Shown here one piece after another: positions 11,358-23,143 of a stretch of DNA of 37,258 bases. This stretch comes from Octopus bimaculoides (lineage: Eukaryota). A program made the position numbers and the translations under genes. A model generated the notes under the pieces. It was not told where the DNA came from, made no database searches, and saw only the letters and a program-made list of their open reading frames with translations. The stretch lies in NCBI RefSeq assembly GCF_001194135.2, contig NC_068989.1, forward strand, positions 33,760,025 to 33,797,282. The letters run 5' to 3'. The stretch's first letter is position 1, and the number at the start of each line of letters is the position of its first letter.

Positions 11358-11712
11358 NNNNNNNNNNNNNNNNNNNNNNNNNNNNNNNNNNNNNNNNNNN
11401 NNNNNNNNNNNNNNNNNNNNNNNNNNNNNNNNNNNNNNNNNNNNNNNNNNNNNNNNNNNNNNNNNNNNNNNNNNNNNNNNNNNNNNNNNNNNNNNNNNNN
11501 NNNNNNNNNNNNNNNNNNNNNNNNNNNNNNNNNNNNNNNNNNNNNNNNNNNNNNNNNNNNNNNNNNNNNNNNNNNNNNNNNNNNNNNNNNNNNNNNNNNN
11601 NNNNNNNNNNNNNNNNNNNNNNNNNNNNNNNNNNNNNNNNNNNNNNNNNNNNNNNNNNNNNNNNNNNNNNNNNNNNNNNNNNNNNNNNNNNNNNNNNNNN
11701 NNNNNNNNNNNN
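11322..11712. repeat. (TA)n microsatellite and assembly gap
   Basis: TA run 11322-11357 followed by N run to 11712. Confidence 0.9.
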
Positions 11713-11739
11713 CTTTTTGACTTTGTTTTCTTTATTATT

Positions 11740-12290
11740 CTTAATACTAGGTCACCGAATATATGTGTTACCTAAGGTCTAGATTAGACACTCATTAAAA
11801 TAAAATAACATGTAAACCAATTTTTGATTCTTGACACATTTTGGTGATAAAAATAATTAACATTTCTAATTTATTCAAAATAATTCCAGTTTTTAAAGGA
11901 GTTGCACTTGTTACAGGAAATGTTAAATAAATCTTTTGTTGCATTGTTTTTAAACACATTACACTTTGTTTGAAACGATGGCACATTTTTTTCTATTTTT
12001 CACAGATTTTAGTAATGCATGGTAATTTAGATAAAAGTTTAAGATTTTTGGTTGAACTGACTCAATCATAACACAATTGGCAAAGAAGAATTATCTTTCC
12101 TGCTACAATCTTGACAATTTGTTTAATTGAAGGATCTTTCTTAACTACATTTTCTTTTTCCATTCAAATAAAACACATTTTGATACGTCCTTGTAAGTTG
12201 GCAAAACTTGCTCACTAAGATCACATAGAGTACCAAATATTGGGCATTCAATATCATGACACGTTATTGGCTTATGAGTCATCACTAAAT
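11740..12290 (-). mobile_element. hATm-like transposase N-terminal fragment (decayed)
   Basis: Minus reading MTHKPITCHDIECPIFGTLCDLSEQVLPTYKDVSKCVLFEW...KKDPSIKQIVKIVAGKI...SLPIV...LFNISCNKC matches the remembered N-terminal pattern CPIFG..L....LPTY.DV / LFDI..CKC of hATm-type transposases. Confidence 0.6.
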
Positions 12291-12599
12291 GTAAACAACA
12301 CTAAATTTAACATGATCATTAACTTTAATACAATGGTCTAAAGTCAAGGTGCAAAGCAGAAAACTTCACACATGTACCATGTATGTCCACAGCAATGACC
12401 ATTGCAGCGGCACTGGAGAGAAGTTCACACTCACATTCTCTTTATAGTCAATGCAGAACCTCAAGACATTAGTCAATTGTATTGACTAATATCTTGATAT
12501 TAGTCAATTGGTATGCAATGTCTTAAGGATACTATATTTACTGTTTTGCATTCTGCTATGTAGAAATATGTATTTGTTACAACTTATAATCCATGAAAT

Positions 12600-14240
12600 C
12601 CAAAAAGTATTCTTTGGAAAACAACTGCAGAATACCAATGAAACTTCAAATAGTCAGTCACTACCTGTTCCTTGGAGGTACCATCAAAGGAAAGAAAGAA
12701 AGAACAAAAGGAAATTTCGATAGAAGTAACTTTTTTTATGGCAAAAGAAATTAAATTCCCATATTTATCAATTCAAAATGTACAAGCAAAAGTAGAAAAA
12801 GTGCTGAATACAATAAAAGTGTAGGTACAATAAAAGTGTAAAGTGACGAAAATATGATTCATTGAAAGGAATTTTTGACATCACAAAGGAAAACAGTGAA
12901 TGGCTGTGCAGTGAAGATAGAAGGTTATATTATCTTCAAATTGAAAGCAAGGCTCAGGTTGGGTATGGAACTGAAAAGGTGGCCAGTTCCAAAACTATCC
13001 ATCCATCCAAAAGAAGAAAAGTGTCCTTAATGCCAACTTCAACCAGAGCAACTCCAGTGTCATCGTTAACATCTGAAGCAGAGACTGAAAGGGAATATCA
13101 AGAGTCTGAGAAATCAGATGAAGAATTCACGCAAACAAGGAAGAAGTTTAGCAAAACTGGAACTGTAACCAAGTTAGTAATATCTTCCAAGCTTTCAACC
13201 CAAAAAGCAGCAATAGTTTGTCGCCAATTATCTCAAGATGGAATCAAAGGAGCTGTTAAACTAAAAAAGAAAATGAAGAAAACACTATATTTAGAAAACT
13301 GGTCATTGCATTTTGATGGTAAGTGTATTGATGACCAAGAATACCAAGTGCTAGTTTTAAAGAATGAACAGAGAGAAGCTAAGTTAGAAGCACTCCAATT
13401 ACCAAACGGAAAAGCCAATACTGTTGTGAAAGGAATAACAGCTGTTTTAGATGAATGCAATCTATGGAACTGTGTAAAGATGATTGTCACTGATACGAGT
13501 GTGATCACTGGGAAAAGAAATGACATTGTCATTCAGTTGCAAAGACTGTTTGCTCAAAAGGGTTTGAGAGAACTGCAATTTATTGGTTGTCAGCATCATA
13601 TCCTTGATAGAGTTCTTCGTGTTGTAATGGTTAACGAACTTGGAGAAAAAAAATCATCTCCCAATATTGAATAAACATTCATTCCAGAGCTTCTAAGTAA
13701 TTACAAGAAGCTCCAATCTAATTTCAACAATGGTGCAGAAAAGATTACTGAATCAGCAAGATGACATGAAATTTCTATTTCATTTGACCAGAGTTTTTCG
13801 TTTCTTTGAAGAAACCGGAAAATTTCCTATTGGAAAGTCTCAAAATATACCCAACTTAATTAATGCAAGATGGAATTCTCGAGCAATACTAGCTCTTTTG
13901 GCATTACTTCTTCTACCACCAAAAAAGAGTTTTGCTTCTCAATGTTTGTTGATTCATCTCTTACAGCTGAGCAGATTTTTGGTTTACTGACCAAATGTTC
14001 AGTGCACATGATTATCAGAAGTTATGTGGTAGCCTGCAAGTTCATAAAAAAGCATTGAACTCTGTTAAAAACTTTGGAGTAAAGAACCATCAGAACTGGA
14101 AATCCCCAGAACGAAATCACAGTGCAGAACAGGCAATCAAGTGCCTTCAAAATTTTTATGATGTTTGTTAAAAGAAGGAGAAACTTCAGCTTCGATTTAT
14201 TTTATCTAACAAGACATTAATTCTTTATGTTTAAAAATTT
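12600..14240 (+). mobile_element. hATm-like DDE transposase pseudogene
   Basis: ORF 12862-13674 contains LHFDGK (first D), VTDT.VITGK (second D region) and FIGCQHHILDRVL (CxxH-type motif). Frameshifted continuations give PNLINARWNSRAILALLA and NHSAEQAIK (catalytic E). Upstream remnants read LPVPWRYH and KEIKFPYLSIQNV. Confidence 0.75.
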
Positions 14241-14344
14241 GCTAACATTTAGCACCCTTTTTCTTATACAGTTATTTAAAATTGGAATTAAACCTATAAA
14301 GTTAAAAATATGTATTGTTTTTAATTTTGAATGTTTACTGACCG

Positions 14345-14428
14345 TAAGGGCATCCAGCTGTTACTCAGTCAAATCGTCCAACCCATGCTAGCATGGAAAG
14401 CGGACGTTAAACGATGATGATGATGATT
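14345..14428 (+). mobile_element. SINE 3' tail fragment
   Basis: AAGGGCATCCAGCTG...CATGCTAGCATGGAAAGCGGACGTTAAACGATGATGATGAT. Confidence 0.8.
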
Positions 14429-14564
14429 GAATGCTTGTAGTGGTCTCTGTCTTAAAATAGCCTAGTTTTCAACCTTTGCATAGAGTGATTTCAATTCAGT
14501 AATCTTAAAAATGTATAAATACACTTTTATTCCACATCTCTCTTGAATTTACAAGGATTTAGGC

Positions 14565-14900
14565 AGCGGAAATACTGAAGTGTGAATCAAGTGACACCTA
14601 GTGATTATAGTTTAAAAAGTCCATAACTCCCAAACTACTTCAACTAGAAAGCTGAAATTTCAGATCTAGTATTTCTGCATTGCATTGAGTCAGCACACCA
14701 AGTTTAGTAAAAAGTTGAGCAGGTGTTACAAACCCCACTAGAATTTTGCAAGATTTGGGTCAAAAATGGTGATCGATTTCGTAAGTTGGGGGTGATGTTT
14801 TTTTCAAATAAAGCAAAATAAATGTTAGTTTCCTGATTTTCATGAAATTATTCATCAAATATAGGGTTATTAGGCTGTGAAAAAGTCATAACCCTGCTTG
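14565..14900. mobile_element. DNA-transposon subterminal-type sequence (possibly the hATm 3' end)
   Basis: CCATAACTCCCAAACTACTTCAACTAGAAAGCTGAAATTT resembles subterminal motifs of invertebrate non-autonomous DNA transposons; no TIR pair was resolved. Confidence 0.35.
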
Positions 14901-15147
14901 AAGGGTTATGAGGAAAAGCAATTAGAAGGTAAAAGTATGTTTTGTAGATAATCCTTTGTCAATTACTAGATTAAATCAGATAAGAAAAAAACCAAGAAAA
15001 AACGCACATGGGTTAGGTTCACATGTTTGACCTCTGACAAACTGGATGTGTGAGAGGTAATTGTGGTTTTAATGTTGAAAGTGGTGAAGGAATATCTGTT
15101 TGTATGTATGTAATTGCAAGCATATGTATGAGGATACATATATATAT

Positions 15148-15520
15148 TCTTTTATTTTACTTGTTTCAGTCAGTTGACTGCAGCCATGCTGGAGTACTGA
15201 CATAATGGTTTTAGTTAAAGGAATTGACCCCAGGACTTATTCTTTGTATGCCTAATACTTATTCTATTGATTTCTTTTGCCAAACCACTAAGTTATGGGG
15301 GCATAAACACACCAACATTGGTTGTCAAGTGATGGTGGGGAGACAAACACACACACACACACACACACACATACATATATATACACATGATGGGCTTTCA
15401 GTTTCTGCCTGCCAAATCCTGAGGCTATAGTAGAAGACACTTGTACAAGGTGCTACACAGTGGGACTGAACCCAGAATCATGTTGTTGGGAAGCAAGCTT
15501 CTTACCGCACAGCCACTCAC
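15148..15520 (-). mobile_element. tRNA-derived SINE (octopus OK/OR-like), near full length
   Basis: Minus head GTGGCTGTGCGGTAAGAAGCTTGCTTCCCAAC...GGGTTCAGTCCCAC (A/B boxes), CORE-like GCACCTTGTACAAGTGTCTTC, an internal (TG)n and the tail. Confidence 0.85.
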
Positions 15521-15636
15521 ATGTGTATACGTATAGGAGGTATGGACAGTGTGTGTGAGAGATTTAGTGTAAGGAGTAGATTAGATTTGTATGTGTAGGT
15601 GCATGGTTTGCTCAAGCAGACTGAGCAGTGGATGTA

Positions 15637-15828
15637 CAGTAATCCCTCAACTACAGTGGGTGTTGCATTCCAAAAGCTCTCACAGAAATAATTAAAATCT
15701 AAAAAGATATAAATACCTATCAGCTGCAGAAACCTGGATATACTGAGGAGTCCACGATATAAATTTACATATATTTTACCAGACAAATCTGTGATGTACT
15801 GTGTGTGCAATATGGTGAGGGATCACTG
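15637..15828. mobile_element. pogo/Tigger-type MITE (192 bp)
   Basis: TIRs CAGTAATCCCTCAACTA and reverse-complement CAGTGATCCCTCACCATA; TA on the left, TG on the right. Confidence 0.65.
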
Positions 15829-16147
15829 TGTAGGAGGTATGAGTTCTGCATAAGGGTATAAATACATACATAAATATGCATACACACACATGTATAATCA
15901 TGGCATCAAATACAGACATGTTGGCAGAGGAGACCATACATTCTCTGGATAATAAATAGTGTCCCTTATAATTTTTGCCAATAATAGAAGCATGGTAAGA
16001 ATACTAAAACTGGTATCTTTGAATGCCAAGAAACAATCATTTTTGGAAAGATTTTACTTTCATAGATCACAACTTATTTCCATTCCATTGTCTTTTTACT
16101 TTGAATTTCTTGACTTGTTTTGAATGAAAATGATTAATTTCATTAAC

Positions 16148-16298
16148 TTAATAAACCAACATAAAAGCTATAATGAGAAGACTGTCTATAGAACTGATGT
16201 TCTTATAAGCATATAAAAGCCGAAATCCCACTTCTAGCATGTCTTTCCTTGCATGCTGACAACCTTGCAATGTTTTCAAATGGAATGGTTCCAGAAGT
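16148..16298 (-). CDS. mtnK: Methylthioribose kinase-like gene, terminal coding exon
   Basis: Acceptor tctttctgtgatttttcag, phase 2. Encodes (R)LLEPFHLKTLQGCQHARKDMLEVGFRLLYAYKNISSIDSLLIIAFMLVY-stop, in frame with exon 23234-23144. Confidence 0.75.
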
Positions 16299-17044
16299 CT
16301 GAAAAATCACAGAAAGATATGGTCTTTTATTATAATTATCAAAGGAACAGAATTGTATCAGATTTCATTAACAAGGGATCCTCCACATAATCGCTAGAAA
16401 TAACAATCACACCCTACAAAAACGAAAAGATCGCATTATATAAGGTGCAAGATACAGTATGTAAAAAAAATGATAGCCTGGCAATGGATGGAACATCTTT
16501 CCTCATAAGTCTGTCTGATCAGATTTAACCTGGGACTAAATAATAACAATTTTGGTTTCATATTGATTGAGTTTCAGAAAAAAATACTCAAGTAGTTTTA
16601 ATATATACAGTGAGAATTAATTACAATATATATTTGGGAAGAAAAGACTAGTTCATTAACCTGTTTTAATGTTTTCAGCAAATAGGAGTATGTTTTAATC
16701 TTATTGCAAAACAAACTTCAATTAATCAAACTCATTTATTATAACATATTAAAATAAGCAAACTGGGCTAACATTGTATTTCTCTCACATGTAATTATGT
16801 CTTTAATGCTCACTACATTAAATATATTTGGTCATGAAGATGTTAATTCTGAGTAATTAAACTTCATTTTTCTTTTTTTAAAAAAAAGTCAAGTATTTAG
16901 TTGACATTACTTCACCATCACAAGGTTCTAAGTTTGATCTCACTGTATGGCACCTTAGAAAAGTGTCTTACTATAGCCTTGTTTTGACTAATGCCCTGTG
17001 GAAGCCCATTGGATAGGACTGTTTTATATATATATATATATGCA

Positions 17045-17445
17045 CAGGCATGTCTGTGTGGCCGAGGTCGACTTTACCTTTCATCCTTTCGGGGTCGATA
17101 AATTAAGTACCAGTTACGCACTGAGGTCGATGTAATCGACTTAATCCGTTTGTCTGTCCTTGTTTGTCCCCTCTATGTTTAGCCCCTTGTGGGCAATAAA
17201 GAAATAAGAAGCTTGCTTCTCAATCACATGGTTCCAGGTTCAGTCCCACTATGTGTTATCTTGGGTAAATGTCTTCCATAGCCTAGTGCTGACCAAAGCC
17301 TTGTGAGTGGATTTGGTAGACGGAAACTGAATGAAGCTCATATATATGTGTGTCTGTCCCCGCACGACTGCTTGACAACTGATATTGGTGTGTTTGTGTC
17401 CACGTAACTTAACGGTTCAGCAGAAGAGACAGAGTAAGTGCTCAT
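17045..17445 (+). mobile_element. tRNA-derived SINE whose head is interrupted by a second SINE fragment (about 17062-17205)
   Basis: The head GGCATGTCTGTGTGG / TAAGAAGCTTGCTTC is split by CCGAGGTCGACTTTACCTTTCATCCTTTCGGGGTCGATAAATTAAGTACCAG...AATAAAGAAA, which is the same central domain as the SINE at 30177-30390. Confidence 0.8.
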
Positions 17446-17499
17446 TCTTAAAAAAAAAAAGTACTGTGATCAATTCATTTGACTAAAGATATGTCTGGT

Positions 17500-17760
17500 A
17501 ATTATTCCATCAATCACTTTTGCCAAACTGCTAAGTTATAGGGACGTAAACACTAACACTGGTTGGGGGGGACAAACACAGATACAAAGACACACACACA
17601 TGCATAATAGGTTTCTTTAAGTTTCTCTCTACCAAGTCCACTCACAAAGCTTTGGTTGGCCCAAGGCTACAGTAGAAGATATTTGCCCTATAGTAGAAGA
17701 TAGGACTGAACCTGGAGCCACATGGTTGTGAAGCAAGCTTCTTACCACACAGCCCTACCT
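17500..17760 (-). mobile_element. tRNA-derived SINE, inverted relative to the 17206-17445 copy
   Basis: Minus reading GGGCTGTGTGGTAAGAAGCTTGCTTCACAACCATGTGGCTCCAGGTTCAGTCC...CCAAAGCTTTGTGAGTGGACTTGGTAGA. Confidence 0.85.
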
Positions 17761-17770
17761 GTACGTTATA

Positions 17771-18002
17771 CAAGGTGTTCAAAAAGTCTCTCCGCAGTAA
17801 GTATTGAATGGTTTTTGAGCAATTCTTGTACACTGATCCTTTACTTGCTCCCCAGAAAAAGTCTGGCAGTGTTAAATCAGGTGATCTTGGTGGCCAAAGT
17901 CCCTTTGAAATAATCCATTCGCCAAAAAACTCTTGAAGTAGTGCCATGATGATGCGCAGGATGCAAAAAAACTCACTGTGGAGAGAGTTTTTGAACACCC
18001 CG
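17771..18002 (-). mobile_element. Internally deleted Tc1/mariner derivative (232 bp)
   Basis: TIRs CAAGGTGTTCAAAAAGTCTCTCCGCAGT and reverse-complement CGGGGTGTTCAAAAACTCTCTCCACAGT, with TA on the left. The interior encodes FFGEWIISKGLWPPRSPDLTLPDFFWG, a transposase C-terminal motif. Confidence 0.85.
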
Positions 18003-18005
18003 TTT

Positions 18006-18040
<35 letters not shown>

Positions 18041-18054
18041 TTATACACATACAT

Positions 18055-18660
18055 ATATCATCATCTTTTAACATCCGTTTTCCATGTTGGCTTGGGTTGG
18101 ACCGTTTGACAGGAGCTGACCCACTAAAGAGCTGCCCAGGCTTCATGCCTGTTTTGGCACAGTTTCTACAGCTGGATGCCCTTCCTAATGCCAACCACTT
18201 TATAGTGTACTGGGTGCTTTTACACATCACTGGCATGAGTGCGTTTACATGGTACTAGTATGAGTGCTTTTTACGTGACACCAGTTCCTGTGAACCTACA
18301 AGGTTTGGAATACTCAGCTGGAGAGGGATGCCTGGTACAGTCTGTATGCAAAGACAACCATGCTTTTACTTAACTTGACGTGTCTTTTCAAGCACAGCAA
18401 CACATCATCCCCTCTGTGAGTCCCAACATCTGTAGATCTTTTCTCACCACTTCATCCCATGCTTTCCTGGTTGTGAAGCACGGCCAAGTATTTCTTCTGC
18501 TGTGTACTCACAGAAAGATTGCATCAGTGGTGCTTCTCCCTGGCACAAATCCAAACTGCATCTCGTTTAGGCTGACTCTCTTCTTTATTAATTGGGCTAT
18601 GACCCTTTCTGCAACTTTCATCACTTCCACATGTTCCCTCTACAATTTGAGATCAGCAGC
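18055..18660 (-). mobile_element. Internally deleted RTE LINE 3' piece plus SINE-like tail
   Basis: An RT N-terminal piece (18485-18640, repeated at about 19510-19655) is fused directly to the C-terminal ...KAWDEVVRKDLQMLGLTE, followed by the GGAAGGGCATCCAGC tail at 18055-18350. Confidence 0.75.
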
Positions 18661-18669
18661 TGTCATCAT

Positions 18670-21300
18670 TCATATGCATTACATGGCTGTACCTGTGCAG
18701 TCTTCTCTTTTGCACGCTATATCTGATTCTTTGTATACCCAGTTTTTCTCTCAAGTCACTTTATCATCAGTTGTATATGCACACTGACATTACCCATCCA
18801 TCAGAGCATACTGGTTTCATTTCTTTGAAGCCTTCACATATCCTCAGTAGTCACAGCCCATGTCTCACTGCCATGTAGCATAGCTGTTCATACACAGGCA
18901 TCATAACAATCTGCCTTTCACTCTGAGGGAGAGGCCCTTTGTTACAAACAGAGGTAGTAGCTCTCTGAACTTTGCCCAGCATATTCTTATTCTAGTAGCT
19001 ATGCTTTCAGAACAACCTCCCCCATTACTAACTTGGTCACCTAAGTAACAGAAACTGTCTACTACTTCTAAGGAGCTCCCCTGACATTTGAGAGAGTCTA
19101 TTTTTTGTACATTCCTGGTGTTTATTGTACCTGCACATCTGTCACATGTAAAGGCTACTTTCTCTGTTAGTCTTCCAATGATGCCATTACAGCTCTTATT
19201 TGTCCATAGCTTGCACTGGGTACACCTTATTGAGTTCCTCCCAACAAAGCCATCTCCCTGAAGGGATCTGTGATTTGTCTGTTTTCCTACTTACCAATAC
19301 TCTTTGCTAAATTATCTCTAGGGCCCTTTGATTCCAGTCTGTGCTTCCATACCTGAAATTTCTTCTCTAGTTTTGGTAGTGATTCAGCAATAAGAATGAG
19401 GTCATTAGCCTAGAGGAGCTCCAAAGGACAACCAGTCTTACATTCTTCAGTTATATAATAAAGAAGAGGGGGCTAAGAACTGATCCTTACCAGAGACAGG
19501 TTTGTTTTTGGCCAAGTATTTCTTCTGCAATGTCCTCACTGAAAGGTTGCATCAGTGGTGCTTCTCCCTGGCACAAATCCAAACTGCATCTCATCTATGC
19601 TGAATCTCTTCCTTATTAATTGAGCTATGACCCTTTCAGCAACTTTCATCACCTGGCCCAGCAATTTGATGCCTCTGTTATTATTTCTGTCCAGCCATCA
19701 CCCTTGCCTTTGTAGTGGTTGACTACAATTCTGCTACACCAATCATTAGGTATGACTCCCTCGTGGACAACCTGATTAACTATGTGGGTGACCAAATCAT
19801 ATCCCACTCCACCAGATGTTTTAAGCATTTCAGTGCTGATACCTGCTGGGTTGGAGGCTTTCCGTTTTCATATTCTTAATTGCTTTATCCACTAAGCTAC
19901 TGTTGATTCAGATAGCTGGCCCTTCTGTTGGGTCCACATTATGCATTCTCTACATTTCGCAATCTTTCATAGTGGCACTTCCAAGACTTCAAAGAATCAC
20001 TAATTGCAAATGAGCCATCATCCATGTGAAGACATTTCTCTCCTACCACTTCATGATTTTCTGACACACTGTTTTGCAATCCTAAACACTTCAGGCGTCT
20101 GGTCCTCACGTTATAAAACATTGGCAAACTTCCTCGTTTCTGCTTCTCCCCTGACTAAGTATACCTCCCTTCTAGCTACCTGATATAGATCTCTGTACCA
20201 TCTGTGTCCAGACCTTCCATCTCTGCTTTCAGGCCTGTTTCTTCACTTTAATGGTCTTGTCTACAACATCATTCCACCACCACATCACCCTAGGTCTGGT
20301 TGGGACTTTGCATCAGCCACAGATTTGGTCTGTGACACTCAGCAAGCTGTCTCACAAAAACTCCCAGTTGCCCTTTATGTTACAAGTCTGTAGTTCCTCT
20401 TTCTCTCAATTTAAGTGCCCCTAAATTTCTGATCATTTAGAGGATCCTTAAGCTTCCAAATTCTTTTCCAGATTGATCTACTTCTTGAAATTTTAGAATG
20501 AAGTCTAAAGTCACTAATAACTAATCTATACTTGTGGAATGGGTACATTCTTCACCAGAGAAGGTTTTTGCATTTCTAAGCAACCATGCATCTCACTTTC
20601 TGGTGAGAATGTAATCAGTCTGACAAGTATGGTCACCTGATTGATAGATTAGGTGACTGGTTAGCTTCCTGCAGTTAGTGTTGCAGATCATTAGGTTATT
20701 TGCATCACAGAACTCCAGTAGCCTTGTTTCCTGCTCGTTTCAGGAACCAATTCCATGGTCCCCATGTACACCATTGAAGATACCTAGCTGTTGCCCAACA
20801 TGTCCATTGAAATCACCAGCCATGAAGATGAGGTCATTGTCATTTGTCTTTGAGGTAACCTGCAGGAGAATACCATGAAAGCAGTCCTTTTGTTCATTTG
20901 GCACACACTGGGACGGTGGAGGATAGGCAGAGATAATTGTTACTGTGCTACTCTGAAAGACTAGCTTAAGCTCAAGTTCTCTATTGCACACCCTGACTAC
21001 CTGAATGACCTTATCAATCTATTTCTCTGTGAGAAGTATAGCCACACCACCTACTTCATCACTGTTACTTTCCTGGAAGATTTTATACCTATATGTCTTG
21101 CCCATAAGGAACCTAGCTGATGCTCCCCTCCACCTTACTTCCTGAATGCAGCAAACATCAGCACACCTCTGTTAAAGCATCTTAACAATCTTGCCAAACC
21201 TACTTTTCAATGTGACTGCATTGACAGTACCAAATCTGAGGAAGTGAAAAGGGACGTAGGAGGGAACATGCAAAGGGGTGGGGTGGCATTCAGCATAAGT
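18670..21300 (-). mobile_element. Near full-length decayed RTE-clade LINE (AP endonuclease, RT, PHD-like Cys insert) in the last mtnK-like intron
   Basis: Minus readings include VTIISAYPP, LIFMAGDFNGHVG, SWKCHYERLRNVEN, DEMQFGFVPGRSTTDA, VGRNSIRCTQCKLWTNKSCNGIIGRLTEKVAFTCDRCAG and LEVVDSFCYLGDQVSNGGGCSES. Part of the RT core is deleted at about 19500. Confidence 0.9.
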
Positions 21301-22014
21301 GCAAGGAAATAGATGGTTTGTTAATTGACTAAATAAGTAATGCTGTCTCCTTTTGATGCATACAGTAATATGGATGAGACCACTGGTGGGAAGAGCTATG
21401 AGAGCCTTCTGGTACGGTGGAGAGATTTCCAGTATAGGTGATGGGTGTGGGTATAAGTGGTGGGGGTTGGAATGGAGGGGCACATTGTGAATAAGGAAGG
21501 GTAGAAAGATTGCTCCTTTCTTAGCTACAACAGAAATAAAAAAAAAGTCAAGGAGGGAAAATATAAACCTTGAAGGGAGGGTGCATATTTAATGAGTGAC
21601 AAAAAATTACGATAACAATAGTTTAGCTTAAATTAAATTACAAGTGGGTTAGTATTTTATAAGGTAGAAATGTAAATTGATGTATGATCAAGGCAAAGAA
21701 AAGGCACATTTAGTTGGATATGATACATATGGCAGAGAGCAAGCAATGCATATTGAAGAGATCTGCATGTACAGAAGGATTTGTATAAAGGTAGCAACAA
21801 GAAGAAGGAAATGAAAAGAGAAAAGGTTACCACCAGAAATGGCCATCAAGACAGAGATATGAGGAAGCAGCTATGCTAGCTTCCAGGGAATGGACAGTAG
21901 TAAACATCATGAATAAAGAAGGGCAGAAAGAGTACTCTATAACAGAAATAAAGAGACAGAGGGAGAACAGAAATCAGAGAGGGAGAAATGTAAATATATA
22001 TATATAAAGCATAT

Positions 22015-22400
22015 ATAAGCTGAGTAGCTCATTATTGCCAGAAAATTTTCGCAATAGAATACCTTTATTTCAATCTTTCTTTCTTCCATGTCTTCCCTGA
22101 TGGATAAACCTCTTGATCAGGACAGATTTCTGCATTATTTGGGGTAATTTACAATGTTCCAGTAAACAAATTTTTTGTTGTTCCATCTTGTAGGTAGATG
22201 TAAATTTTTTTCTCTTCTTTCCTATTCTTGAACATCCAACATAGAGCTGACCATGGGTGAGTAGGGCTCTTTAAGGTGTAAACCAACAACTAAAACTGTT
22301 TGCCCTTGTGATTTGTTGATGGTCATGGCAAAACTAAGACACACTCAAGATTGAAGTTGTTTGAATTGAAATAGAACATAATCTCCTGAGTCTGTGCAAA
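22015..22400 (-). mobile_element. Helitron 3' fragment (PIF1-family helicase C-terminus and decayed 3' end)
   Basis: Minus reading FQFKQLQS*VCLSFAMTINKSQGQTVLVVGLHLKEP then frameshifted THGQLYVGCSRIG matches helicase motifs V/VI. Confidence 0.85.
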
Positions 22401-23143
22401 GGAGGCTCTTGTATCCTTATTATCTAATCAATGCACCCTATGCTCAGGTATCTCCTGAGATTGTGCAATGGACACTTGTGTTCACATATCAAGTCTATTC
22501 ATTTTGTGTTTGGGTGTCTCCTGAGCTTGCTGCTGATACTTTGTGAGGGTTTTTAACTCTGTTGTCCTAATGAAATTCCTTACTTGTATACATACATGCG
22601 CAAAGACAGGAAGATACACACACACACATACACTCAATATGAGTGATATACATATACAGAGAGAGTGTGGCAAATATATATATAAAGAGGGAGAAAGTTT
22701 ACAATGAGAAAAGCATAAAAGACAAAGAGAGACAGATAGAAAGAGAGGATCTTTTCTGTTGCTGTCACAGATTTTGAAATTTTAAAATTAAGTGAAAATT
22801 TTCAAATTTGGTATGTATGCACATATTTTTAGTCACTAAGGGACATGCTCAAGTGGTTAAGGTCAAGCAAATCTGTGGTATTGAGCAGAATATTTGCTAT
22901 AATAATATTTCTGCTTCAACCACCCAACACTGAATCTATCTAAAATGTAATGGAAAATAGGTTAGTTTCAAAACATTGATGTCCAGGTCACAAAAGCAAA
23001 GTTTGAAGCAAATAGTAGTCATTTCCTTTGATTTTGAGATAGAAGCAAATAGGAAATAACACTTACTGACCAAAGTCAAAAAAATAAATAAATAAATAAA
23101 AATTTTGTTACACAATGTAATTAGTAATTGACTTGGAACTCAC

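Noticed and set aside
15440-15520. tRNA-like A/B boxes here and in other SINE heads
   Set aside because: They are embedded in SINE bodies with no complete cloverleaf, so they are not tRNA genes.
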